Below, in pieces: positions 27,429-38,222 of a stretch of 50,699 nt of DNA (the stretch's first letter is position 1; every line of letters starts with the position of its first letter). The DNA comes from a phage. Both the position numbers and the translations under genes were made by a program. The DNA lies in the sequence record PZ150740.1, one strand, 5' to 3'. The notes beneath the pieces were generated by a model. It worked only from the letters and a program-made list of their open reading frames with translations. It did not search any database and had not been told where the DNA came from.

Positions 27429-27704
27429 ATGAAAAAATTAATCGCAGTTATAGCCACCGTAGCCGCTCTGACCGGATGTTCTTCTTCGCCTACTGGCAAC
27501 TTCAAGGAGATCGATTGCACGGCAAAATTTAACGTTAAAACATTCCCTGTTAACGGATTCCATGAGGTTAAAATTAATGCTGTCCGCGAAAACAGATTCA
27601 GCCAAAAGCAATACAGGTTGAGCGTTGACAATAAAGAAGTTAAATTTATCAACCGTTGGCAAGATGAAAGAAAATTCATTGATTTGAGGTGCAAAAATGG
27701 CTGA
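27429..27704 (+). CDS. lipoprotein
   Basis: Signal peptide with lipobox ALTGCSS; start adjusted to ATG at 27429. Confidence 0.55.
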   Translation: MKKLIAVIATVAALTGCSSSPTGNFKEIDCTAKFNVKTFPVNGFHEVKINAVRENRFSQKQYRLSVDNKEVKFINRWQDERKFIDLRCKNG

Positions 27705-27975
27705 ATATGGGTATGCAATATATGATGAGCAAGGTAGAAATGTTACTGGCCTTTTAACTCCAGTTTTTTTCTTGGATAAATTTACTCAATCATCTGGCAG
27801 TAAGACCTACTCAAACAGGCCGCCAGGTAAGTCGTTGAAAGCAATATATGTTGGAATGAATTCGTGGCGCGGAGGAGATCCTGGCGCTCCAAGTTTAGGT
27901 GTAAGCGGTGATACTGTTACATGGAGCGGACTTTCTGGATCTGACTCAAGATATATATATACTTTTTGGGGGTAA
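27697..27975 (+). CDS. hypothetical protein
   Basis: ORF track. Confidence 0.45.
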   Translation: MAEYGYAIYDEQGRNVTGLLTPVFFLDKFTQSSGSKTYSNRPPGKSLKAIYVGMNSWRGGDPGAPSLGVSGDTVTWSGLSGSDSRYIYTFWG

Positions 27976-28592
27976 TAATGTACGGGATGAGCATAAAAAA
28001 ACCAGACGGATCATTGTGGTTAAGTCCAGATTTCACTCCTGTTAACCTTATAGATAAAGGTAAAATATCAGCAAAAACAGGAACCGTTTTTAATACTTCT
28101 ATACCAATAAATAGACCGTGCTTCTTTTTTGTAAGGTTAACATCAAAATCATACATAGCATTTAATCAGTTTAATAATGGTGGGAAGCACGCAATAAAGA
28201 TAGAAAAGTCCGACAATCAAGGTGAGGTATTTGTTTATGCTTTTAGCAATATGGTTACTCCTCCTGGTAGTCACGGAATAGCTTTTTATAATGCTAATGG
28301 TGAGATGGTTTATCATGGAAAGATGAAGCCTTTGGATGCAAAACTTGTATCTGTAAGCGGGATCACTTTTGACGTTAACTTGGGATACCCTTGCGCCATC
28401 ATGCCATCACTAACAGCTTTAAACTCTGTGCGTAATCCGTCTTTAGGTGGATTCATGATATTTGAGTCTCAAGCTGCCGCGTATGGCAACGGGGTATATT
28501 CTTTATCTAGGCAGGTTGCGCAAACTTCTGGTCCTGTTGGTATTTACACGGCTTCATCTGTTTTGGTTATAAATTCATCACACTATGATTAA
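27966..28592 (+). CDS. hypothetical protein
   Basis: ORF track. Confidence 0.5.
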   Translation: MGVIMYGMSIKKPDGSLWLSPDFTPVNLIDKGKISAKTGTVFNTSIPINRPCFFFVRLTSKSYIAFNQFNNGGKHAIKIEKSDNQGEVFVYAFSNMVTPPGSHGIAFYNANGEMVYHGKMKPLDAKLVSVSGITFDVNLGYPCAIMPSLTALNSVRNPSLGGFMIFESQAAAYGNGVYSLSRQVAQTSGPVGIYTASSVLVINSSHYD

Positions 28593-28596
28593 AATT

Positions 28597-28622
28597 AAAG
28601 GGGGCTATGCCCCCTTTTTTTT
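28597..28622. terminator. bidirectional rho-independent terminator
   Basis: AGGGGGC-tat-GCCCCCT with T8, between convergent genes. Confidence 0.65.
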
Positions 28623-31600
28623 ACCAACTTCCGGTTATTCTCCCTATCTCAACCCTCAATTGTCCATTTGCATCTTTCACCTTTAATCCTTCGTTAGTGA
28701 ATTTTGTAGCTCCTTCTCCCGCTCTCGTTCCGTAGTTCTCAAAGTTACCATTTTTATCAAGCCTCCATCCTTGCTGATTCTGAACAAAGTTATTTGACTG
28801 AATCACGTTACCAATCATTGCGTTAGTAATGGACCCGTTTTTCACTAGCAGGCTGTTAATGAAAACCTGGTTGTTTTCAACAACGAAAGGCAAAGTAAAC
28901 GTTCCGCCAGTAGAGCTAGTCATGATCGCGAACCTGTTAGCATCAAACAAGATTTGCGAGATCAAGCCTTGAGAAGATTGCGACAACTGCATGATCATTC
29001 CTGCGCTGTACTTCTGCCCCTTGTAAGTAAGGCCCAATTTCATAGCGTACTTAGCGCCAACAGAATCAACGTTAGCCCACGAATCAAGTTTTTCGGCTAG
29101 TGCTGATTCAACGTCTCCGAATTTGGCTGTTAAAGCCTGGTCAGCCTGAACCCTTGCCTCTGTCTCATTAGCGATAGCCTGTCTTACTTCTGAGATGTTC
29201 GCCTCAACATCAACCTTGATTGCATCGTTAAGGTCATTAATCTCTTTCGAAAACTTAGCGTCAAGCTGCTGAACGGCTTGCGCACGCGCTTCTGATTCAT
29301 TGGTAATGGTTTGCCTTACCTCGCCAATACTTGCAGCCGTATCTCGTTTTACGCCGTCTATTTCCTTCGTAAATTTAGAATCAAGCTGCTGAACTTGAGT
29401 AGCTCGCGTCTCTGCTTCGTTGGCAATCGCTTCCTGAACGGTTTTGATACTTGAAACTATATCGTCATCAATTGAAGCCTTTAACTCTTCGATTTGAGTT
29501 ACTCGCGCCTCCGTTTCGTTGGCGATAAGCTCAAGAGCGTGACCATATTCAGCCTTGCGCTTTCCGTTTTGTACTCGCGTCCATTTCACATCAGCATCGT
29601 TTGCCAATGCGTTCTGGATGATTGATTGCGCCTGGTCTTTGATTTTGTTGGCACTGTCTATGGCGTTCTCTTTGATTTCTTGACCCGCTTCGGTATCAAA
29701 AATCTTGTCCAGAATGTCGCCTAAAACAGATTCAACATCATCTGACGCCATGCCGCGAACAAAGTCAGTCCAGCCGGAAACATTGCCGATCCTGTCAACG
29801 CTACGGATTCTATACCATACAACTTGCCCCGCTGGTAACGTGCTATGCCAATACTCATATTGAGGATACGGGATCAGAGTAAGCAAACTTGAGTTTTCCA
29901 CTGTTCCATCTGGCGATTGGTGAAGCTCAATGTAAGCCGTATCTCCAGACCCTTCCGGCATACCCCATTTGACACGAATGCCAAAAACTTCATTATCAGA
30001 AGCTGTAAGATTAATCGGCGCTCCTGGCTCGCCAACTTTACCCGTCAGGGTGGCGGTTGCAATCTTTGACCACGGGGAGGTGTTCCCACTTGCAGAAACA
30101 GATCTAACCCTTACTTGATAGTTCCCCGCGTAAATTCCTTCCACCTCTATCTCTTTGTTAGCTGTCTGCGGCGTGTTCAGCCAGTTACCATCACCTTTTC
30201 GCCATTGCATTTCATACAGTGACGCATAAGGAACTTTTTCCCACGACACAACCATAGTTTCAACGCTGACGCCCTGCACGACGCGAGAATAAGAAGAGAT
30301 CTGCACGTTATCAGGTGCTGCCATCACGTCAGGTTGAACAATTGAAGTTGGCCTGTCATCAATGTTTACGCCATAATCAATCTCGTCGTATTTGTTCGGA
30401 TCGTACTCCACAGCCGTGATTGAAAAGGTAAACTCGTTTTCGTCATCACCCTTGCTGATAGTTGTCACAACGTATTGCTGCAACGCAAGGTCAGTGCGGT
30501 CAATCGCAAAAACAGTATCAGGCTTAACATCAAAACCAAAGCCAATATTTAACTCAATGGTTTTTCCGTCTGCGCTCACCTTTGAGATCGTTCGCTTAAC
30601 TGGCTTTCCGTCCGGCTTGTTGATGATAATAAAATCACCAGGACGAGCATCAACCTTAAACGGAACGAAAACCTGCAATCCTGAAACTTCCATCACTCGG
30701 CCCGATAGGTTTAACGTTAGGTTGCTGCTCTGAAAATTATCAGCGATAGCAATCACATCACCTATTGATGGAATCATCCCCTCCAGTCCAGTAGCAAAGT
30801 TTACAGTAGTGCTTCTAAGGTTTGTTTTCAAAACCCACCGACCGCGACGATTCGCTTCGCTCCTGCGTGTACACCCGATCGCTGTAATGCTTGTTGGATT
30901 GTATCCAAATCGTAATGCCGCCTCAGTATCAAAAACACCCTCTACGTCCTGTTGATACATGTTTTGTTCGTCGTCAAACGTCACATTACATTGCGTGTAC
31001 ATGCTTTTTTCGCTTGCTGCTGTGTACTGAAAATCACCGTTGATGACGTTTTCATTAGTAAACACGTATGATGGATCGCGCGGTTTATCAATCACGATTG
31101 ATAAGCTCTCTCCATTCCAAAAGCTCATTCCGCGAAAGATTGAGCAAATGTCACGGATTAGCTGATAAGCCTCTACTTGATTCTGGATCACCACATCGCA
31201 TAGGTAGCGAGGCTCTGTCCCGCCCTTGCCGTCTGGAACTTTCTGATCACAGTAAACACCTGCCTCGTATAAGCTCCACTTGTCGATCTGTATTCCTAAC
31301 TCTCGCTGGTCAAGCCCATAACGCTGATTCGTCACCAGATCATAAAGAACCCATGCAGGATTATTTGACCACGCTTTTTTAAAAGTCCCATCCCATGACC
31401 CGTGATATTCTCTTGATATTGGATCATAGTTGCTTGGCACATTAATAATCTTCCATTTCTTTTTTATAGAAATGTTAGGGATTTGCGTAGGAAACAATTC
31501 GCTGTCAAATTCTACGAATACAAGGCCAGTCAGAGGATAACGGAATTTTGCATCCACAACCTCAGCGTAACTTTGCAGTTTGATTTTATCAGTCACCTTT

Positions 31601-32199
31601 GAAGATGTGCTGTCTGGAGTCAGTCGCTTGACTCTGATTAAAACGCGCTCCTCAAACTTAGGAAGATCAATCCTTCTGCTGCGGTCATATCCTGATCTTG
31701 TCTTGCCGTCAATTACATCTCTCATAACCTCGCTATAAGAACCGCCATCAACAGCCATATCTACGGCATATTGAACCCTTACACCAACAAGATCGCCGTT
31801 ATCCTCCTGTTTTATGCCAGTTGGCATCAGAATCTTGATTCTGATTGCGGAAAGATTTTTGTTTGTTACAGAGATAATATAGGGATTGTCTGCTGTAATA
31901 TCTCGCGAAACTGTCACCTCGCTTGATGTGTCAGTAAAACCCTGGATGTAATCTTGCGTCTGTGTGCCTGGTCTATATTCAGCCGTTACCCCCTCATAGT
32001 TAACAGTGCCATCACTGGCAATGACAGGAACATCATCAAGATAAAGATCACGCAACGTGAAATCTGGATCGCACTCGCCATCAGATACAGCCAGCAAAAC
32101 TTTAATCTTGTTTATCGAGATCAGGTTATCTTCCATCTCTTTTGGCACGTATGGCTTTTTGCTTCCGCCCTTACTGCCGCTTATCATATATTTAGCCAT
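28621..32199 (-). CDS. tail tip / host specificity protein (lambda J-like)
   Basis: Strong resemblance to lambda J (VPSNYDP...WDGTFKKAWSNNPAWVLYDL); start adjusted to MAKYMISGSKGG. Confidence 0.85.
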   Translation of the reverse strand: MAKYMISGSKGGSKKPYVPKEMEDNLISINKIKVLLAVSDGECDPDFTLRDLYLDDVPVIASDGTVNYEGVTAEYRPGTQTQDYIQGFTDTSSEVTVSRDITADNPYIISVTNKNLSAIRIKILMPTGIKQEDNGDLVGVRVQYAVDMAVDGGSYSEVMRDVIDGKTRSGYDRSRRIDLPKFEERVLIRVKRLTPDSTSSKVTDKIKLQSYAEVVDAKFRYPLTGLVFVEFDSELFPTQIPNISIKKKWKIINVPSNYDPISREYHGSWDGTFKKAWSNNPAWVLYDLVTNQRYGLDQRELGIQIDKWSLYEAGVYCDQKVPDGKGGTEPRYLCDVVIQNQVEAYQLIRDICSIFRGMSFWNGESLSIVIDKPRDPSYVFTNENVINGDFQYTAASEKSMYTQCNVTFDDEQNMYQQDVEGVFDTEAALRFGYNPTSITAIGCTRRSEANRRGRWVLKTNLRSTTVNFATGLEGMIPSIGDVIAIADNFQSSNLTLNLSGRVMEVSGLQVFVPFKVDARPGDFIIINKPDGKPVKRTISKVSADGKTIELNIGFGFDVKPDTVFAIDRTDLALQQYVVTTISKGDDENEFTFSITAVEYDPNKYDEIDYGVNIDDRPTSIVQPDVMAAPDNVQISSYSRVVQGVSVETMVVSWEKVPYASLYEMQWRKGDGNWLNTPQTANKEIEVEGIYAGNYQVRVRSVSASGNTSPWSKIATATLTGKVGEPGAPINLTASDNEVFGIRVKWGMPEGSGDTAYIELHQSPDGTVENSSLLTLIPYPQYEYWHSTLPAGQVVWYRIRSVDRIGNVSGWTDFVRGMASDDVESVLGDILDKIFDTEAGQEIKENAIDSANKIKDQAQSIIQNALANDADVKWTRVQNGKRKAEYGHALELIANETEARVTQIEELKASIDDDIVSSIKTVQEAIANEAETRATQVQQLDSKFTKEIDGVKRDTAASIGEVRQTITNESEARAQAVQQLDAKFSKEINDLNDAIKVDVEANISEVRQAIANETEARVQADQALTAKFGDVESALAEKLDSWANVDSVGAKYAMKLGLTYKGQKYSAGMIMQLSQSSQGLISQILFDANRFAIMTSSTGGTFTLPFVVENNQVFINSLLVKNGSITNAMIGNVIQSNNFVQNQQGWRLDKNGNFENYGTRAGEGATKFTNEGLKVKDANGQLRVEIGRITGSW

Positions 32200-32278
32200 G
32201 ACTTTTAACCTTTTGTGCTGTTTCTTGGTTTGAACATTATAAAGGCACAAAAAAACCCGCGCAAGGCGGGTATTTTTT

Positions 32279-32878
32279 TTATGCTTTATCTTCTGCGTAG
32301 CTGCCAGCCGACCAGATCGCGCCGCCTACTGTCCTATATCCATATGGCAAAGGAACCGGATAGCCTGCCGCCGTGGTATTTACTGCGCCGCCGAAAGCGT
32401 AAGAAGGCTTGTTTTCTGCTGATTGGCTTTGCAGTTTCATTCCGCCCTGCTGCGGCGAGATCATTTGCATGACACCGCCAAGCGCGATAGCACCACCCAT
32501 GAGGAAAGCAGAAGATGCAAACGAACTAGCCATCATTGCTGCCACGCCGCCACTTGCAATCACTGCCACCGCCATGATGGTAACACCAAGTATTGATTGG
32601 AACAGTCCTCCTGACTTCGACCCCGTGGGAATTGGAATTATCCTGACCTCTTTCGCGCATTTCCAAGTGCGTTCGTCATGCTGGTTAATCTCTTTTCCGT
32701 CAACAATAACAGCGTAACGCATACGCGACCCCACTTCGCTTTGCATGTAGTCTTTGAACCCTTCAACCTGGGAAGATAACGCGCGTATTGCTTCGGGGTA
32801 TGAGTCAACCGCCATTTTGTGAAAGACGCCAAATCTACGCCCCAGAGAACCAGATAGCTTAATTACTTTCAATGTCAT
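32279..32878 (-). CDS. tail assembly protein (lambda I-like)
   Basis: Position between K-like and J-like genes; Gly/Ala-rich C-terminal half. Confidence 0.6.
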   Translation of the reverse strand: MTLKVIKLSGSLGRRFGVFHKMAVDSYPEAIRALSSQVEGFKDYMQSEVGSRMRYAVIVDGKEINQHDERTWKCAKEVRIIPIPTGSKSGGLFQSILGVTIMAVAVIASGGVAAMMASSFASSAFLMGGAIALGGVMQMISPQQGGMKLQSQSAENKPSYAFGGAVNTTAAGYPVPLPYGYRTVGGAIWSAGSYAEDKA

Positions 32879-33590
32879 ATTTCAGATCCTTATGTCGGCA
32901 AATTTTTACAGTGTGCTCCTGATACCATCCAGAATACAAGTCGATGCGAGATAGCTTTCCAAACGCATGATGTAATAGCTGGTTGTTACCCAAATAAATC
33001 CCCGCATGATTCCAGACTGGCGATGATAGTTGCATAATCACCATATCACCAGGTTTTGGAGGCTCGTTAGTTTCAACAAATCCCTCTTTCAAATAATTAT
33101 CCTGGTAAAGATTTTCACCATATTCTGACTTCCACCACTCGTAAGGCTTTCGGAAGTCATTCAATACTACTCCGTGCTGTTTATGCCATGCCATGATAAG
33201 ACCCCAGCAATCAAACGACCCCAGCGACCACGGGCGACCGATAAGCGGCCTCTCCTGCGGCTCGACAATTCTCATATCACCTTCTGGCCATGAAACTATA
33301 ATCCACGACACACCCATTTCATCGCACATACATGAGTCGTGCGCGCTCGGTATCGTGCTAGCACCATCCCCGCAATGGGAATGCACCACCGCGATTAATT
33401 CGCCTTTGTCGAGCGATTCAGCGTATTCTACGGCGTCCATTTCAAAATGATTTTCTGGATCGTCATGCACATTGGTTATGCGGTGATATTTCTGCACCCG
33501 TGACTTTTGAGTTATGACGCCGCAAGCCTCTTTAGGGTATTCCTCTTTAACGTGCTGCATTATTTCAAGTTTAATTTTTGCACTAATCAT
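32859..33590 (-). CDS. tail assembly protein (lambda K-like; JAB/MPN plus NlpC/P60)
   Basis: HSHCGD...S..D JAMM-like motif and Cys/His peptidase-like C-terminal part; start adjusted to MISAKIK. Confidence 0.65.
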   Translation of the reverse strand: MISAKIKLEIMQHVKEEYPKEACGVITQKSRVQKYHRITNVHDDPENHFEMDAVEYAESLDKGELIAVVHSHCGDGASTIPSAHDSCMCDEMGVSWIIVSWPEGDMRIVEPQERPLIGRPWSLGSFDCWGLIMAWHKQHGVVLNDFRKPYEWWKSEYGENLYQDNYLKEGFVETNEPPKPGDMVIMQLSSPVWNHAGIYLGNNQLLHHAFGKLSRIDLYSGWYQEHTVKICRHKDLKYDIESN

Positions 33591-34351
33591 TATTGATTCC
33601 TCCGTAGCAGTGACGCCACCGCGCAACCGCCGAAATCCAACTCGTTTTGCTGACCGAATCTCAATTTGCAAGCCGTTACAGTTCCGGCGCAATAGTCTTG
33701 TGATGGATCTGTTACTGGCTTATTGTCTTTATCGAACATTGCCGATCCGTTATAAGAGCAACCCTTTCCGCTCCTATACCATCCCCTTTGCGCCCAATAG
33801 CAAACGCTTTGAGTGATGCGCGGCGGTATCATTAATCCATCCATATCGTAAGGCGATGTCAGATCAAATTTCGCCACCTCTCTATTATACTGGCTTGGGC
33901 GCTCAATGTAATAAACCAATTTTCTGTAAGCGCCATCTTTGATTGCTCCGCCTTCTCCGATAAATTCCTTTGCCGTGATCCAGAAAGTCACCTTTGCTTG
34001 CATCATGCCATTGTAATTTCTGATCATTGCGCTAACCCTGCTGTCAAGGTTTGACAATATAAGCTGAGGCTTATCTGCCCTGCCGTTACTTGTGAAGTTA
34101 ATCCCGCTCACACCGAAAGGCCGCGCCCCGTAAACCTCACCCCGGAAAATAATATCTTTCGGCGGCAAGATTCCAGTTTGCTGCGCTTGCATTAATTCTT
34201 CGGCAGTATAAGAGATGTTCTCATTGTGAAATCGGTAAATATTTGCTCCGAACTTCGTCCCGTCAATCTCTACAAGCGTTATAATTTCGCCTGGGTACAA
34301 ACTTTGTAGGCAGTTCTCAAATTCAACTCTACCTGATTCTTTATTAGCCAT
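33590..34351 (-). CDS. minor tail protein (lambda L-like)
   Basis: Position; C-terminal Cys cluster CAGTVTACKLRFGQQNELDFGGC. Confidence 0.65.
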   Translation of the reverse strand: MANKESGRVEFENCLQSLYPGEIITLVEIDGTKFGANIYRFHNENISYTAEELMQAQQTGILPPKDIIFRGEVYGARPFGVSGINFTSNGRADKPQLILSNLDSRVSAMIRNYNGMMQAKVTFWITAKEFIGEGGAIKDGAYRKLVYYIERPSQYNREVAKFDLTSPYDMDGLMIPPRITQSVCYWAQRGWYRSGKGCSYNGSAMFDKDNKPVTDPSQDYCAGTVTACKLRFGQQNELDFGGCAVASLLRRNQ

Positions 34352-34414
34352 TTTCTACCTCCTTTTTGCTCATTGTAACATCAAGAAAAAAGCCGCACAA
34401 AGGCGGCTTTAAAA

Positions 34415-34771
34415 TTACTGCATTGATGTAAATTGTTCCGTAAAAGTGGCTTTTACTTCCTGAACGGTTGGCGACAGTGGAGTAAGGCCGACGCTGCCGC
34501 TTTTCACCCTGAACAATCCAGGGCTTCCATCGGGCATGATCCACAAGAAAGGTTTTAGCCTGTGCTCATTCAGGAACTTGACAACATCTCTGTAATCAAG
34601 CCCAGCGTAAACAATGCTAAACTCTCGCCGGATTGTGTTAAAGCCTCCAGATGCTACCTGTGTGTATCCGTTACCGAATGCAATCTCTCGATCGTTATTT
34701 GATGACGTCATGGACCCGCCGCCGTTCTGAACCTGCGTACACCACTTAAACTGATCCAGCTTCATTATCAA
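34415..34771 (-). CDS. minor tail protein (lambda M-like)
   Basis: Size and position between tape measure and L-like gene. Confidence 0.55.
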   Translation of the reverse strand: MIMKLDQFKWCTQVQNGGGSMTSSNNDREIAFGNGYTQVASGGFNTIRREFSIVYAGLDYRDVVKFLNEHRLKPFLWIMPDGSPGLFRVKSGSVGLTPLSPTVQEVKATFTEQFTSMQ

Positions 34772-37449
34772 CCTCGCTTGCTCATAACAAATTCGTAAAC
34801 CTCCCCGCCCTGCATACAGGAACGTTTAATCATATCAGTAAAGATCATCTTAACGCCAGTTTCGATGCCCTTCGGATCGCTGCCGTTATTGATGCTAACA
34901 TCAATCCCACCAATGTTAAATTGAGGTGCTCCACCAGTGACAGCGCCACCGCCAGTATAGCCGGAACCACCAACAACGCCGCCATTAGCATAGCCTCTCA
35001 TCATGCGGTACAAGTTGCCTACCCCGATACTCTGCGTCGCCTCCTTCGTCATGACAAATTCACCTTTATGGACAATTCCGGCTGGCTCATACTTCCCGCC
35101 GTCGCCAGTGTATCCACCGCCAGCAAATCCGCCAATGTTCTTAAGCAAGCTCCCCATCGTCCAGGTTTGACCACCCATCAGGCCAGATAACGCATTAAAG
35201 ACAACCATTTTCGTGATCATCTGAATAATCATTTTGATGATAGCCGTCGAGAAGTCTTTAAAGTTTGCCTTGCCAGTAGCGATAAAATTCGCTAATTGGT
35301 TTGTAAGGCCGTTTAACGCCTCGCTTGCGATCTGCTGAACATTGCCATAGGCATTGTTTGCATCTTCCGCGAATAGCTCCCATGCGTTCTTTGCTCCGGC
35401 TAACCAGTTGCTTTGCGCCTCGTCTTGCGCCTGGTAATACAGCTTAAGTTTCGTCTCCATTTGCTGAAAAACTTCGTCGCTAACGCTTCCGCCTTGCGCC
35501 TCGTAGTCGGTGCGCAGCTTGCGTAACTCTAACTCACGCTCGATCTGCTTTTCAGTGTAGCCAAGTTGCTTAAGGCCAATCGCATCAATAGCCGCCTCCG
35601 TTTCACGGATAAACTTAAGACTATCTTGCTCCAGCTTGTTTTTGCGCTCCTGCAAAACAATCTGATCCCCTAGCTCCGCTTTTTGCCTTGCCATTTCAAG
35701 AACGGCTTTTTGCTCGTTTAGTAGCGCCTGTTCCGCTCCAGTCAATTTACGCTTGCTCTGCGCATCCTCCAGGATCTCTATCTGCTTTTCGATGCTCCAT
35801 AAAGATTTACGCTGACGAGAAATAACATCATTAACAGTGCGATGCTCTTTAAGCGTTTCCAGTTGCGCTTTTAAAACGTACAACTCTTTATCAAGCTGCT
35901 CAGTCGGGCCGCGAACTATTCCGCCTTTAGCCTCTTTCTTTTTCTGCTCCTGCTTCTTGATCTCCTCAAGCTCTTTGCGTCTGAACTCCACGTTTTCAGC
36001 CGCGCGCTTTTTCAGTTCTTCATCAGCAGAACGCGCCACACCCTTCTGATCCTCAATGGCTTTGTTTAAAGCCTCTTGTGCTGCTCTCACTCTGTTTAAT
36101 GACAGGTTTTCTTTGTCGATTCGCTCCGCTCGCTCAGCCATATCCCTATTCGCATCTTTTACGACCTTTCCAATGTCTTCATAAGTGTTAAGTGCAAACT
36201 TAAGCATAGGATTAACATAGCCAAGCTCTTTACCTAACAGGCCGCCTGACGGGGAAGCGTAATCACGTTTCGCTTTCAACACTTCATACCACGAATCGCC
36301 CAACTCAAGGACTTTGTTTTTGTGGTTTGCAATTTCGTTATTCAAGCTAACAAAGCTAGACGCGCCCTTGTACTCGTTGACTTTCTTTTTTGCGTCATCA
36401 TAAGTCATGCCAACGTCAACCAGTTTTTTAATCGCCTCGCTCGCGCCGTCTTTCGTGGTGATGTAAGCCTTTGCCAGATCTTCGGCGCTTTCTCCTGTTT
36501 TGTCGGAAAGCTCCTGGATTCCGGTAGCAATCTTTTCGGCAAACTCACCAGAAAGACCAGTTGCATCCTCAACTGTTTTTGTGATCTCCTTTAGCTGCGC
36601 ATTTGCCTTATATGCATTGTATGCAGCAAATCCAAGAGCACCAGTCAACACAGTCATTCCAGCACTTAAAGGAGTGATAAAGGTCATTAGTGCCTTAAAT
36701 GTATTAGCCACCCCACCAAAAGAATCCTTAATCTGTCCACCCTGCTGGATTGCTACCAACCAAACGGGCATACCAGAAGCAAGTGAAGTCACCACGTCTG
36801 TGATCTGCATTGGCAATAGCTTCATTGCTTGATTGTATTGGCCTGTAGAAATCCCAAGTTTTTGGATCTGCTTTTCCTGCTCTTTCAGTCTTGCGATGTA
36901 AGGTGCCGCCTCCTGGCTAACTCCAAGCTGTGCCGCTTTCATTTCCAGCAATTCAGACTTGCTTTTTCCGGCTGCTTCTTCCTGCTCACGCAAAGCCTGG
37001 ATGAATTTTTTAGCCTCTTCCGCTGCACGCGCTTTGTTCTTTGATTCCTCAAGCGCCGCGCGGCCTTCCTCTGTCATCGCTTTTTTTGTTGCGATCAGCT
37101 TGTTTTGCTGTGTCTCAAGAATTGCCCCAAGCTCAAAAAAAGTCTCATCAGGAACAATGCCCTTTTTCCATAGCGCATCAAGCTGTGTCGCCGCATTTCG
37201 CAGCTTATCCATCTTTGACGCGGTGGGATCAATTGACTCCTGGATTTTCTTAAATTCTGCTTTCTGGCGCGCCAATTCTTCGGCAAACTGTTTAGCTTGC
37301 TGTCGCGCCACAACCTCAGAATCAACAAATTCATTAACGCTTTTTTTTGCGTCGTCGTTTGCCTTCTTGAATTGCTGCAATGATTTAACAGCATTATTGA
37401 CCTGCGACACGTCAACGCCTAGCGTTAGGCCAGCGTATTTCTCAGCCAT
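34768..37449 (-). CDS. tail tape measure protein
   Basis: 893 aa, coiled-coil-rich, follows G/GT chaperone genes. Confidence 0.8.
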   Translation of the reverse strand: MAEKYAGLTLGVDVSQVNNAVKSLQQFKKANDDAKKSVNEFVDSEVVARQQAKQFAEELARQKAEFKKIQESIDPTASKMDKLRNAATQLDALWKKGIVPDETFFELGAILETQQNKLIATKKAMTEEGRAALEESKNKARAAEEAKKFIQALREQEEAAGKSKSELLEMKAAQLGVSQEAAPYIARLKEQEKQIQKLGISTGQYNQAMKLLPMQITDVVTSLASGMPVWLVAIQQGGQIKDSFGGVANTFKALMTFITPLSAGMTVLTGALGFAAYNAYKANAQLKEITKTVEDATGLSGEFAEKIATGIQELSDKTGESAEDLAKAYITTKDGASEAIKKLVDVGMTYDDAKKKVNEYKGASSFVSLNNEIANHKNKVLELGDSWYEVLKAKRDYASPSGGLLGKELGYVNPMLKFALNTYEDIGKVVKDANRDMAERAERIDKENLSLNRVRAAQEALNKAIEDQKGVARSADEELKKRAAENVEFRRKELEEIKKQEQKKKEAKGGIVRGPTEQLDKELYVLKAQLETLKEHRTVNDVISRQRKSLWSIEKQIEILEDAQSKRKLTGAEQALLNEQKAVLEMARQKAELGDQIVLQERKNKLEQDSLKFIRETEAAIDAIGLKQLGYTEKQIERELELRKLRTDYEAQGGSVSDEVFQQMETKLKLYYQAQDEAQSNWLAGAKNAWELFAEDANNAYGNVQQIASEALNGLTNQLANFIATGKANFKDFSTAIIKMIIQMITKMVVFNALSGLMGGQTWTMGSLLKNIGGFAGGGYTGDGGKYEPAGIVHKGEFVMTKEATQSIGVGNLYRMMRGYANGGVVGGSGYTGGGAVTGGAPQFNIGGIDVSINNGSDPKGIETGVKMIFTDMIKRSCMQGGEVYEFVMSKRG

Positions 37450-37487
37450 TTTAAAACCTCCAGATATTAAAAAGCGCCTTGCGGCGC

Positions 37488-38122
37488 TTATGTTTTGTTT
37501 GAATGAATCATTTCTAGCGCCTTTTGTTCCATGATGCGCAAATCATTTAGCGCCATCTCCCGATCCTCAATCTTGTAAATGTCAAAAAGCATAGGCAAAA
37601 CGTTATAGTCGAACCCATACACACTGCCGCTAGTCGATCTCCATTGCGTCTGCATAGCGCAAAACAGATCCCAAGATTGAAACATTGATTCATCAAAAAT
37701 TACCTCCGGCGGCTCCTCCCCTTCGTAGTCTGAACGGGATAGGCCGACGGCCTCTAATTGTGCGTCAGTTGGCGGCTTGAGGTAAAACAGGTAAACCGCC
37801 CGCTTTAGTTTTTTACCCGCTGCCCCGCAAGTGCTTTCATATAATGACCAGTCAGCGATAATGACGCAGAAGGGTAATAATCCAGCAATTTAGCAACGTT
37901 TTCCTCGTTAAATTCATCTTCCAGATCCCAACCGGAAGCAAGGAAGGTGATCATTTCTACGTCACTCATCGGCTTTTCTGCCGTGTATCGCTCGTGAATC
38001 TCGCTTGCCTTCTTGTGGCGCACAGTGAAAACAATAACTTGCTCATCACCATTTGGAAGCACGAAAGAAACAGGCAGTTTAAAATCAGGCAGTGGGCCTA
38101 ACGTTAGTTTCATCTTTGCCAT
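37488..38122 (-). CDS. tail assembly chaperone G and GT fusion via -1 frameshift (G = 37805-38122)
   Basis: G ORF ends ...VKN-stop; -1 frame open from slippery site to 37488 and matches track ORF 37488-37685. Confidence 0.7.
37808..37814 (-). other. slippery heptamer A_AAA_AAC for programmed -1 ribosomal frameshift
   Basis: Minus strand GTA AAA AAC TAA at end of G ORF; -1 frame continues 100+ codons. Confidence 0.65.
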
Positions 38123-38145
38123 CTCAAGATCTCCTTATAGCACTT

Positions 38146-38190
38146 TTTGTTAAAAGTGGAATTAATTTATTTGATAGATTGATTTTACAG
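38146..38190 (+). promoter_or_regulatory. orphan box copy, antisense to tail operon
   Basis: TATAGCACTTTTTGTTAAAAG + 18 bp + TAGATT on plus strand; its complement abuts RBS of G gene. Confidence 0.4.
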
Positions 38191-38197
38191 GAATGAA

Positions 38198-38222
38198 AAA
38201 AGGGGCGCAACGCCCCTTGTTT
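38198..38222. terminator. rho-independent terminator downstream of major tail protein gene
   Basis: GGGGCG-caa-CGCCCC with flanking T/A runs. Confidence 0.6.

Noticed and set aside
34921-37534. Plus-strand ORFs inside the tape measure and chaperone region (e.g. 36959-37534, 36500-36832)
   Set aside because: Antisense to a well-supported tape measure gene; compositionally biased translations without RBS or start context.
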